Notes: generated by a model from the letters alone, not told the origin. A stretch of 64,000 nucleotides of DNA from an uncultured virus (IMG/VR IMGVR_UViG_3300029305_010146) (IMGVR_UViG_3300029305_010146); one strand, 5' to 3'; positions 9,546 to 18,612 are shown, counted from the first letter of the stretch. Program-made: numbers and translations.

Positions 9546-9621
9546 GCAATATTAGCTCAGTAGGTAGAGCACCGTGCTGATAACGCGGGGGTCGTTGGTT
9601 CAAATCCAGCATATTGCACCA
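9546..9621 (+). tRNA. tRNA-Ile(GAT), second copy
   Basis: Same anticodon arm as 9466-9541 with a different acceptor stem (GCAATAT/ATATTGC); CCA end. Confidence 0.93.
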
Positions 9622-9697
9622 GCACCATTAACTCAACTGGTAGAGTGCTTCCCTTACAAGGAAGAAGTTATAGGTTCGAGTCCTATATGGTGTACCA
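9622..9697 (+). tRNA. tRNA-Val(TAC)
   Basis: CTTCC-CTTACAA-GGAAG arm; abuts the previous tRNA; CCA end. Confidence 0.93.
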
Positions 9698-9702
9698 TAT
9701 AT

Positions 9703-9778
9703 GCCACGGTAACTCAGTTGGTAGAGTATCGGCCTCATATTCCGAAAGTCAGCAGTTCGAACCTGCTCCGTGGTACCA
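9703..9778 (+). tRNA. tRNA with CAT anticodon (elongator Met or Ile2)
   Basis: TCGGC-CTCATAT-TCCGA arm; paired 1:72; CCA end. Confidence 0.88.
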
Positions 9779-9782
9779 ACTT

Positions 9783-9858
9783 GGGAAGATAGCAAAGATG
9801 GTCTATGCAACGGACTGAAAATCCGAGGATACTGGTTCGATACCAGTTCTTCCCACCA
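9783..9858 (+). tRNA. tRNA-Phe(GAA), divergent second copy
   Basis: CGGA-CTGAAAA-TCCG arm; GGGAAGA/TCTTCCC acceptor; CCA end. Confidence 0.88.
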
Positions 9859-9893
9859 AAAAGCATTGGATTAAATCCAATGCTTTTCTTTTT
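9859..9893 (+). terminator. Terminator of the tRNA array
   Basis: AAGCATTGGAT-TAA-ATCCAATGCTT plus T tract. Confidence 0.85.
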
Positions 9894-9960
9894 CTATTGA
9901 CATTTGCAGTAAAATATATTATTATATTATATAACATTTAACATTTAAGGAGTGAAATAA

Positions 9961-11280
9961 ATGCAAAATAACTCTAAAAATAATATTCCTTTTGAAGAAG
10001 AGTTACATGCTGACAATATTGACACCAAAAAAATCGATGAATGGGCAATGTGTTATGAAAACTCTCCAGAAGAAGACGAACAAGAGCGAAAAATGGAAGA
10101 GGAATATAAACAGCAACGCAAAGAAGCACTAAAAACACTGTTTAAAACACCAAAATACAAAAGCAAAAAAACACAAAGAAATGCCTTTGTTCTAAAAGTT
10201 ACGATTTTAGCAATGCTATTATCTCTTGCTTTCGGCACATGTGGTGCTTATCTTTACACACATTATATTGGTGGTGCTATAACGGTTCAAAGGGGCGATG
10301 TAACAATAAATGTCGTTGAAAAAAATGACCCACCAACTTTAGAAAACTACGACCCCAATTCAATTCCATCCGTTGTTGCTAAAACAGAAAACAGTGTTGT
10401 TGCTATCACGACAAACACCATTTCCAAAAACCCAATGATAGGCCAATACATTCAAGAAGGCGCAGGTAGTGGTGTAATTATTTCAGAAGATGGTTATATC
10501 ATCACGAACACACATGTGATTAGTGAAGCGACAAGCATTATTGTCAGACTACACAATGGTCAAGAATACACTGCTTCTATTGTTGGTTCGGATATAACAA
10601 CTGACATAGCGGTGATTAAAATTGAAGTAAAAGGTTTGTCTCCGATTGTTTTCGGAGATTCCAAAAACATTGTGGTTGGACAGACGGTTATCGCAATTGG
10701 TAATCCACTTGGCGAGTTAGGAGGAACTGTTACTTCTGGTATTATCTCTGCAAAAGATAGAGAATTAACAATCAATAAGCAAAATATGAATTTACTTCAG
10801 ATTTCTGCCGCAGTAAACCCTGGCAATTCTGGTGGTGGATTGTTTAATTTAGATGGCGAATTAGTAGGAATTGTAAATGCTAAAAATTCTGATGTAGGTA
10901 TCGAAGGACTTGGTTTCGCCATTCCCGCAAACGATGCACAAGATGTTGCCAAACAACTAATTGAAAATGGCAAAGTCACTGGGCGTCCACAATTAGGCAT
11001 TTCTGTTGTTGAAATTTCCAACACGGCAGAAATTTACAACTATGTATCTGACCCAATTTATCCATATTTAGATACAACGGGCCTTTATGTAATTGATGCC
11101 ACAACCCCACACTTATTCCTTGGCGATAAGATTATTGCAATTGATGGTCAATCGATGGATACTTATGACGACCTTAAAGATTACATCAATACGAAAAAGG
11201 TCGGAGATACAGTTTCCGTTACAATTTCCAGAAGCAAACAAATTCAAACATTAACCATTGAACTTACAGAAAAACCTTGA
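9961..11280 (+). CDS. htrA: HtrA/DegP-like serine protease with PDZ domain
   Basis: TM anchor; GSGVII, TNTHVI, DIAVIK and GNSGGGL triad motifs; C-terminal PDZ. Confidence 0.95.
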   Translation: MQNNSKNNIPFEEELHADNIDTKKIDEWAMCYENSPEEDEQERKMEEEYKQQRKEALKTLFKTPKYKSKKTQRNAFVLKVTILAMLLSLAFGTCGAYLYTHYIGGAITVQRGDVTINVVEKNDPPTLENYDPNSIPSVVAKTENSVVAITTNTISKNPMIGQYIQEGAGSGVIISEDGYIITNTHVISEATSIIVRLHNGQEYTASIVGSDITTDIAVIKIEVKGLSPIVFGDSKNIVVGQTVIAIGNPLGELGGTVTSGIISAKDRELTINKQNMNLLQISAAVNPGNSGGGLFNLDGELVGIVNAKNSDVGIEGLGFAIPANDAQDVAKQLIENGKVTGRPQLGISVVEISNTAEIYNYVSDPIYPYLDTTGLYVIDATTPHLFLGDKIIAIDGQSMDTYDDLKDYINTKKVGDTVSVTISRSKQIQTLTIELTEKP

Positions 11281-11445
11281 TTTTAAGTGCCACATTTTGT
11301 GGCACTTTTTCTATTGACATTATTATAAATCTATGGTATAATAACAACAAAGAAAATATTTTTTGAAGTTTTTATTTTGTTATTATACAATATTTATATC
11401 TTTATATAAATTTATAAGGAGAAATTTCATAAAGGAGGAAGATAT

Positions 11446-12468
11446 ATGAAAGATATTATCCAAAGACCAGAATATGACTTTTTCAGAACAAATCCCGACA
11501 TTTGTGATAAGGTTTTATTGCTGACATATGGCGGAAGTATCGCCTATGGCACAAACAATGAAAATTCCGATACCGATATCCGTGGTGTTTGTCTCAACAG
11601 AAAAGAAGATATTCTCGGTTTCAACGAAATGCACCAGTTCGAACAATTTATTGACCCAATAACCGATACTGTAATTTATTCTTTGAATAAATTAACAAGA
11701 TTGCTTATTTCGTGCAACCCAAACACAATTGAAATTCTTGGTTGCCGTCCCGACCATTATCACATGGTCAATAAGTACGGTCAAATGTTGCTCGACAACA
11801 AAGAATTGTTTTTATCTCAAAAAGCAGTTAATTCTTTTTCTGGTTATGCAAGACAGCAATTGGCACGTCTCGAAAATGCCTTGGCGCGAGATAGACTTGC
11901 TCAAAGCAAAAAAGAAATGCACATCCTTAATGCTTGCCAATCAACAATTGACGCTTTTGAAAAAAGATATTCTTTTAACCCAGCAAAATTCATTGAACTT
12001 GTGTTGATGGACTCTGAAAAAGAAGATTTTGACAAAGAAACTTTCGTTAACGTCACTCTGCATAACGTTCCTTTGAGAGAATTTGCTGGTATGGCAGCAG
12101 ACCTTGCGAACGTTGCAAAATGTTATGATAAACTAAATCACAGAAATAGCAAAAAAGACGACAATCATCTCAACAAACATGCAATGCACCTTGTTCGTCT
12201 TTATTTGATGGGCATTGATATCTTGGAAAAGGCTCAAATCGTAACCTATCGTGCCGACGACATTCCTGAATTGATGGGTATTCGTAACGGAAAATATCAA
12301 AAAGAAGACGGAACTTATTACGATGAATTTTTTGAAATGGTCAACGAGTATGAAAAGCGTATCCAATATGCCGCAAAACATACTGTTTTGCCGCCTGAAC
12401 CAGACTATAAAAAGATTCACGAAATGATTTCTGAAATCAACTATCTTACTGTTGTAGATAGAATTTAA
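11446..12468 (+). CDS. Pol-beta-superfamily nucleotidyltransferase (RlaP/YcgL-like)
   Basis: GGSIAYGTNNENSDTDIRG (GS...DxD), NPNTIEIL and KHAMHLVRL motifs. Confidence 0.85.
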   Translation: MKDIIQRPEYDFFRTNPDICDKVLLLTYGGSIAYGTNNENSDTDIRGVCLNRKEDILGFNEMHQFEQFIDPITDTVIYSLNKLTRLLISCNPNTIEILGCRPDHYHMVNKYGQMLLDNKELFLSQKAVNSFSGYARQQLARLENALARDRLAQSKKEMHILNACQSTIDAFEKRYSFNPAKFIELVLMDSEKEDFDKETFVNVTLHNVPLREFAGMAADLANVAKCYDKLNHRNSKKDDNHLNKHAMHLVRLYLMGIDILEKAQIVTYRADDIPELMGIRNGKYQKEDGTYYDEFFEMVNEYEKRIQYAAKHTVLPPEPDYKKIHEMISEINYLTVVDRI

Positions 12469-12482
12469 GGAGGAAAGTATTT

Positions 12483-13433
12483 ATGAAAATAACACCAGCA
12501 TTAAGAGAAAGATTTTGCAAAGATTTGCAACTTCCTATCAAAATTTTCACTGACCCGTATTTTATGGAAAGACTCGTGCTTTATGACATTCACTTTGGAT
12601 GTTGGGAGAAATATATTGATTTCGAAAAGATGCTCGAAGATTATGCAGATGAACAAGAATACTTCGAAGCATACAATTCGTTAAAAGAAACGGTTATTCA
12701 ATATTTATTAAATAACCCAGATTTCACATTCTTTTCCCAAACGGAAGACATGTCCAAATTTACAATTCCAAATCGAAGTTTGCCCAAAAACTCAATTTAT
12801 AAGCAAACTATGGTAGGAAAGCACTTTGTAAGTTTTGATTTGTGTAAAGGTAATTTTACAGCACTTCATCATTATAACGAAAAGATTTTTGACGGTGCTC
12901 ACACCTATGAAGAATTTTTATCAAAATTTACAAACAACAAACACTTTATCGAAAGCAAATACATTCGTCAAGTGATTTTTGGCACAGTTAACCCAAAGAG
13001 ACAAGTTCGCTACGAAGAGTATCTTATGAATCAAGTTCTTGATGTCATATTAGAAAAATTCGCAATAGAGAAAATTGCCTACTTTTCAACAGACGAAATC
13101 GTTGTGGAGTTGGATGAAAAATTATCTGAAACATCAGAACTATATGCCTTTATTTCGAACACTGTAAATCATTTTATTGATAACGGAATTACCCTCCGTG
13201 CAGAAGTCTTTGAATTAGACTATATCAAAGAATATGATACCTACATCAAAAAGGTATATTGCAAAATGTTCCAGTCCAGTGGCGATGCAATCAAAAAAAG
13301 CGAGTTGTTGGTTATTAAAAATGCAACAAATCTAACAATGCCTTTTGTACTCCGCCATTTGTATAAGTTACCTCCTAACGAAAACGATAATGTTTTTATT
13401 CATGAAGGTAGACTTGCCAAGTTTATCGAATAA
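12483..13433 (+). CDS. Hypothetical protein, possibly a divergent palm-domain polymerase/nucleotidyltransferase
   Basis: Strong SD; directly downstream of the nucleotidyltransferase; acidic motifs SFDLCKGNF and FSTDEIVV. Confidence 0.6.
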   Translation: MKITPALRERFCKDLQLPIKIFTDPYFMERLVLYDIHFGCWEKYIDFEKMLEDYADEQEYFEAYNSLKETVIQYLLNNPDFTFFSQTEDMSKFTIPNRSLPKNSIYKQTMVGKHFVSFDLCKGNFTALHHYNEKIFDGAHTYEEFLSKFTNNKHFIESKYIRQVIFGTVNPKRQVRYEEYLMNQVLDVILEKFAIEKIAYFSTDEIVVELDEKLSETSELYAFISNTVNHFIDNGITLRAEVFELDYIKEYDTYIKKVYCKMFQSSGDAIKKSELLVIKNATNLTMPFVLRHLYKLPPNENDNVFIHEGRLAKFIE

Positions 13434-13509
13434 CAACAAAAAGTGAGAAGAGCAATCTTCTCACTTTTTCTTTCTTGACTTATATAAACATTATAGTTAA
13501 AATTATACT

Positions 13510-13770
13510 TGTATATAGTAATATATACATCTAATGCCCATTTTTATGTATGCTTTTATAGCATGCCAAACAGGTTTTGAAATTTAGCCCGAAAATTTCA
13601 TATGAATCGATAATTCTGCACAGAACCGATTTGAAAAGTGTGCTTGTTGTGGAATAACCGCAAACACAACAATATCAGTTTGTGACCGCAAACTGGCGGT
13701 ATGCATTTATGGCGAATTGGTCATTCGCCTTGCATGATTCCAACTTTCGAAAGAAAGTTGGAATTTTTTT
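13510..13770 (+). ncRNA. Candidate multi-hairpin small RNA
   Basis: TTGACT-N17-TAAAAT at 13475-13503, six or more hairpins, terminator TTCCAACTTTC-GAAA-GAAAGTTGGAA-T7, and no ORF with an SD. Confidence 0.6.
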
Positions 13771-13972
13771 CTTTTTAATACTTGACTTTTTAATTTTATT
13801 TGTTTATTCTATATGAGGTTGAGCAAAAAGCCCAACAAAATATAAATTATAAAAATTTCTTTCAAATACTTGACAAAGAAAATTTTATATATTATATTTT
13901 CAATACAGCAACGGTAAAACACCCGTTGCGAAATTAAAACATAAAAGAAATTTTTAAAAGGAGTGTTTTACA

Positions 13973-14647
13973 ATGCAGACAAAATTAAGAAATATTATGT
14001 CTTCTAAAAAGGGTTTTACCCTTATCGAATTGCTCGTAGTTATCGGTATCCTTGCCGTTCTCGCTGCAATCGCTATCCCTTCCGTTGCTGGTCTTATCGA
14101 CAGAGCAAATGTTTCTGCTGACAAGACAAATGCTAACGAGATGACCAATGCCATCGAGCGCTTTACTTCCGAGTATGAACTCTACATTCAGGACATCAGC
14201 TCTGGTGCTCTTGATTTTGACAAGCTCGATTCTGCACAGGGTCGTGTAAAGAATGTTATTGACACTGGTGCAACCGATGAGACTTCTCGTGACGACATCA
14301 CTGCCCTCGAAATCGCGCAGGGTGGTACTGTTGACCACACCAAGGCACAGTTGTACAGAGACACCAAGTATCCTACCAACGAAAAGACTCTCGCCGAAGT
14401 TGTAAAGAACTACACAAAGACTTCTTCCGCTACTTTCCAGCCAAAGCAGTCTGACTGCCACTTCTTCTACTCTCCAAAATGCGGTCTCGTTGTTGTTGCA
14501 GAGGCAGATTCTACTATTGCTCAACTCAACGACCTCGTAATCTCTGGTATGGATGCAAAGGGTAATGCTCTTTCCGACACTGACACAACTCTTTGGATTG
14601 ACATCTCTGATGCTGCTACTGACACTTATGTCACAAAAACTGCTTAA
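13973..14647 (+). CDS. Type IV pilin (probable major pilin, copy B)
   Basis: First ~70 aa identical to 4552-5208; class III signal; duplicated upstream region. Confidence 0.93.
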   Translation: MQTKLRNIMSSKKGFTLIELLVVIGILAVLAAIAIPSVAGLIDRANVSADKTNANEMTNAIERFTSEYELYIQDISSGALDFDKLDSAQGRVKNVIDTGATDETSRDDITALEIAQGGTVDHTKAQLYRDTKYPTNEKTLAEVVKNYTKTSSATFQPKQSDCHFFYSPKCGLVVVAEADSTIAQLNDLVISGMDAKGNALSDTDTTLWIDISDAATDTYVTKTA

Positions 14648-14848
14648 TTGTTGATATAATATTTTAATCCAAACTTAAACCCGCACAATGTGCGGGTTTA
14701 TTTTTTATTCTTGACATTTTCACATCATAATTCTATAATTTTCTTAATTTAACCAAAACCTTGACAATAGGTTTTTATTGTGTTATAATTACATATAAAA
14801 CAAATTTACGTATTCTTATAAAAAGATGCGATTAAGGAGTTGATTTTA

Positions 14849-16699
14849 ATGTTTTGCCCTGTATGTGGGAATCAAGTAGAAAACAATACGAAATTTTGCG
14901 GTAACTGCGGTAATAAATTTGAAGCAGAACCCGTTCTTGCCCAGGCACCAGAACAAGACGAAGCCGATGCTATCGCATCTTTCTTAAGTGAAATGGACAA
15001 TTTAGGCAAACACGAAGATGTTGCCCCTGTATCTGAAGAAGTAGCATTTAACGACAATACTGATGCTGTGCATCAAGATACAGAAAATAGATTATTTTTA
15101 GATGATGATGACGAAGAAGATACAGTTTCGGACGAAGCAATTGTAAGTCAGTTTTTTGACAATCTCGATACATTAGATACTGATGAAACAATGAAGTTAA
15201 CAAGTGAGTATAAAGCAGAAGACAATAATGCTCGAAAAATTGCACCAGTTTTTGAAGAAATACCAGAAGAAGTTGTGCTTCCTGACCCAGAACCAGAAAT
15301 TACTGATGCACCAATGAATTTTGTTGACGATGATTATTCCGATATCGTAATGGGAGATGAAAAACCAGTTTCCCCTCCTCCAATGCCAATCGTCACTCCA
15401 GTAGAAACGGTTTTAGAAGAACCAATTGTTGAGAAAGTTCCAAATGCTGAACCAGTTGTCGAAGAATTAGAAGCCACCAACAAAAATACTGAAAAACCAA
15501 CAGAAGAACCGCTCATAGCACCTCCTATTGAATTAGAAAGTTGTGAACCAGAAGAGCCTCATATTCTCATTGATGAAAGACCAGACCTCGAACAGGTTGT
15601 GCCAGAAAATAATATTGGCGATTACAATGTCAATGTCAATTCACCAGATGCTTCCTATACTCCATATTTAGATAGTTTTGTAAGTAAACCAAACTTCAAT
15701 GTGGACTTTGAAACACCTGCCGAACCAATTTTTGCACAACCAATGGAGAACAGTGTTGTTCCCGAAAATACAATTCCCCAGCCAGAAGTTTCTGCTGTTC
15801 CAATCTTTAATGATACACCTACATTTAAGGAACCCCCAGCGCAAAATCCACAACAGCAGTCTTTCGTTCCACCAATACAGCAGAACACAGTAACCCTTCC
15901 TGCTCAACCAGAAACTGTGCCAATGCAAGAGCGACCCACTCAAAATTTCGCACAACCCAAAAAGAAGAAAAATACAGGTCTTATTGTTACTTTTTCTATT
16001 ATTGGTGTTTTACTCATCGGTATAGTTGTTTCTGGAATTATGCTTAAGGATACAATTATAGGTTGGTTTGATGGGACACCGTCTGTCGAAGTTCCAGTAG
16101 CCACAGACCCATCTACTAATGATACAGAATCCAACGAAACAACTACCCCAAGCAAACCAGAAGATACTAAACCAACAACCCCTGAAAAAACTGACCACAA
16201 TCCAAATTGGGAAATTAAGGAGAATTCTGGTTTAGATATGCCACTTATTACTGGCGATGCAACCTTGGTTTCTAAATACCTTGACGACACAAGGACATAT
16301 GAAAATCTCCAAGTAAAACTTTCTGATATTGTTCGTGGTGACGACGCTCTCGCCATCGCACAGGAATATGAAAGCCAGACGACTGTTCGTTTTGAAAAAC
16401 CAACAGAAGGTGTAGAATATGTTGTTGTCGAATATCAAGTTTATGTGCCATTTGATTTAAATACAAACAGCACAACCACAAATCTTCCTATCGAAGTTAG
16501 AGGATTAAACACAAATGGTGTAGTATACAATAATGTTTCTTATATCATTTCCACTTGGTGTATTGCTGATGGCGAAAATTCTTCTGCAGGTTCTCTTGTA
16601 ACTTGTCGTGAAATTTTCCAAATGCCAGTTGGTTGTAACAACTATTATATTGTATTTGGTACACAAGGTCAAACAACCGCCGTATTTAAAGGCGAATAA
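14849..16699 (+). CDS. Zinc-ribbon, acidic/Pro-rich single-pass membrane protein
   Basis: CPVC...CGNC, a long E/P/D-rich region, KKKKN then a TM helix, and a C-terminal globular domain. Confidence 0.85.
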   Translation: MFCPVCGNQVENNTKFCGNCGNKFEAEPVLAQAPEQDEADAIASFLSEMDNLGKHEDVAPVSEEVAFNDNTDAVHQDTENRLFLDDDDEEDTVSDEAIVSQFFDNLDTLDTDETMKLTSEYKAEDNNARKIAPVFEEIPEEVVLPDPEPEITDAPMNFVDDDYSDIVMGDEKPVSPPPMPIVTPVETVLEEPIVEKVPNAEPVVEELEATNKNTEKPTEEPLIAPPIELESCEPEEPHILIDERPDLEQVVPENNIGDYNVNVNSPDASYTPYLDSFVSKPNFNVDFETPAEPIFAQPMENSVVPENTIPQPEVSAVPIFNDTPTFKEPPAQNPQQQSFVPPIQQNTVTLPAQPETVPMQERPTQNFAQPKKKKNTGLIVTFSIIGVLLIGIVVSGIMLKDTIIGWFDGTPSVEVPVATDPSTNDTESNETTTPSKPEDTKPTTPEKTDHNPNWEIKENSGLDMPLITGDATLVSKYLDDTRTYENLQVKLSDIVRGDDALAIAQEYESQTTVRFEKPTEGVEYVVVEYQVYVPFDLNTNSTTTNLPIEVRGLNTNGVVYNNVSYIISTWCIADGENSSAGSLVTCREIFQMPVGCNNYYIVFGTQGQTTAVFKGE

Positions 16700-16792
16700 T
16701 ATATAACATATACAAAAGAGATGCTCTCCAAAGCATCTCTTTTTGTTATTTTAAACAAATAAAAAATTTTAAAAATATTTTTAAAAAAACTC

Positions 16793-16821
16793 TTGACAAA
16801 TCAAAATTCTTGTGCTATAAT
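16793..16821 (+). promoter_or_regulatory. Consensus sigma-A promoter of the large ncRNA locus
   Basis: TTGACA-N17-TATAAT with TG extension and an A/T-rich UP element. Confidence 0.88.
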
Positions 16822-16827
16822 AAACCT

Positions 16828-17880
16828 ACACTTCTCGTAAGAGAGTGATTGGTAGTCACCACCAAGTTCGAAAGAACATAATGCGCTTCGGCGGTCTGCT
16901 GGGAACAGACGTGAATATCGCTGGAAACAGCGATTGTTTTTGTCTGCGGAAACAAAGGCAAAAACCTATGTCGCTTTAAGCGACAAATGTTCGCAACGGT
17001 CTCGTCCGCAAGGATGCTGCCAAGTACGAGCAAACTTGCTCGAAAGAGCAATTGATAAGTTCTCGCAAGAGTTAAACTTATCCAGATGTCTTTTAACCGA
17101 CATCTCGCTACCTTCGGTAGCAAAAAAGAGTTTCGATTTCAAAACTCTGTTCTCTTACAGAAGGTGTGAAAACACCTGTCGTGTTTAACACTCGATGTTT
17201 TAGAACGAAGCGATTTGCAGAAATCGGTTTTGTACAAACCAGCGGAAATCTCCATTCCACTACCCAAGTTCATTTTTGCGACGGCGAAACAGAACATAGC
17301 AAATTCTGATGAACAACGGAGAAAAATCATAAAACAATTGCCGTTAATGTTCAGTTTTATGTTGTATTAAAAACTCGGTGCAGAGAACCTTTGTCGGGTT
17401 GCCGAGGCATATTGAATGATGTGTTGCTTCTGATAAGGATTACTTTTTAGGGGACAACATCCGAAGTGCAGCGATGCAGTTCGGAAAGACGGAAACCGTC
17501 AATATCAAGATATGTCGCTCTCTCTTTTCGCTAACAAACACACAGTTCTTGTGGCGACAACAATTGACGCTCTCGGTGAGAGAATAAACCTGCAAGTGTC
17601 GTGGTGGAACACGGTAGACTACAGGAAATCCAAAACAATGTCGTTTGCAGTGAAGCGAAGAAATTCGCGTATAACACAAGTTTATGGTCAAAGTAGCCCA
17701 ATGCAACAATTAAAGAAATTAAGTATTTAATTATTCAAATTAAAAAATTCTTTGAATTATAAAAACTTGCCGAAAGATGGGTGAAATGTGCGAGTAATCA
17801 GTCTCGTATGAGCATTATGGAACTTCGGTTCAAGACAAATAGCCAAGGGTCGCTCCCAAACGCTCGGATTTGCCTTCTCA
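16828..17880 (+). ncRNA. Large structured ncRNA, GOLLD-like (tentative)
   Basis: No credible ORF; GC higher than flanks; many GNRA/UUCG-capped hairpins. The 3' blocks (GGTGAAA...GAGTAATCAGTCTCG, AGCCAAGGGTCGCTCCC) resemble GOLLD as I recall it; unverified. Confidence 0.6.
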
Positions 17881-17964
17881 TTAGTGTAATATGTTAGAAG
17901 TTAAGAGATAGTAAGATGAAAGTCTTCTAATACAACATAAAACTGAACATTAGCATCAAAAAGC

Positions 17965-18527
17965 AAATGTTTAGTGATGACTTAATACTTCAAAGCAAGT
18001 ATATGAGTTCCCTGACAATGTGCGAAACGCACCACACTTAATTCGTTCTGTGTGATTGCGGGTCGATGCTGGACTTCACACAATGTTTAGAGTATGGCAG
18101 TCGTTACCATAAGCAAACTCAACAAAATGCTCATCCGCAAAACGGATGCTAAAACGACCGTGTTAACATCAATCAACACGAAAGAACTTCTAATTATATG
18201 TTGACGATTTTTCAAAAACCAGATATGTATTTTTCAAAGTTCAGTTATGTATTTTCATAACGATTGATTATTCTGCACACGATTTATCGTGTAAATAATT
18301 TGGGTTTTGTAATCTTCCCAGAGGATACCAAAAGTTCCCCTCAATAAAAAGCGAAAGATATACCGTTATATATCATTCCTATCGTCGCAGAAGCGGTAAT
18401 TGCATTTGTGGTCAACCATTTGAATTATAAAGTTTTGATGGAAAAATCACACTTCTATTCAAAGTGACGGACAATTTGATGACTATATATTTAATTCGTG
18501 TTTTTTCAACCCAACATCAATTAAATT
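17965..18527 (+). ncRNA. Large structured ncRNA, ROOL-like (tentative)
   Basis: ~560 nt with pairing ends (TTTAGTGATG / CATCAATTAAA). Blocks AATGTTTAG, CCCTGACAAT, TATCATTCCTAT, TTGAATTATA and AAGTGACGGACAATTTGATGACTAT resemble ROOL as I recall it; unverified. Confidence 0.65.
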
Positions 18528-18534
18528 AAAAGAT

Positions 18535-18571
18535 AAGAGTGGTTCGATGAAAGTCGAACCACTCTTTTTTT
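18535..18571 (+). terminator. Strong terminator closing the large ncRNA locus
   Basis: AAGAGTGGTTCGAT-GAAA-GTCGAACCACTCTT plus T tract. Confidence 0.9.
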
Positions 18572-18612
18572 GCTTTTGTTGTCTTTTGAAACTGGCAAAA
18601 GCATTTTAAAAC

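Noticed and set aside
8603..9810. ORF-track calls overlapping the tRNA genes
   Set aside because: They are spurious translations of tRNAs. Only the ATG 8762 portion is retained, as the leader peptide.
16815..17730. Short ORFs (63-102 aa) on both strands in the large intergenic region
   Set aside because: They overlap each other, lack SDs and have atypical composition. The hairpin density favours ncRNA.
16828..18527. rRNA, group I/II intron, tmRNA or RNase P identity for the large RNA
   Set aside because: I recognised no 16S/23S universal motifs, no group II domain V or GUGYG start, no interrupted host gene, and no tmRNA or RNase P P4 signature.
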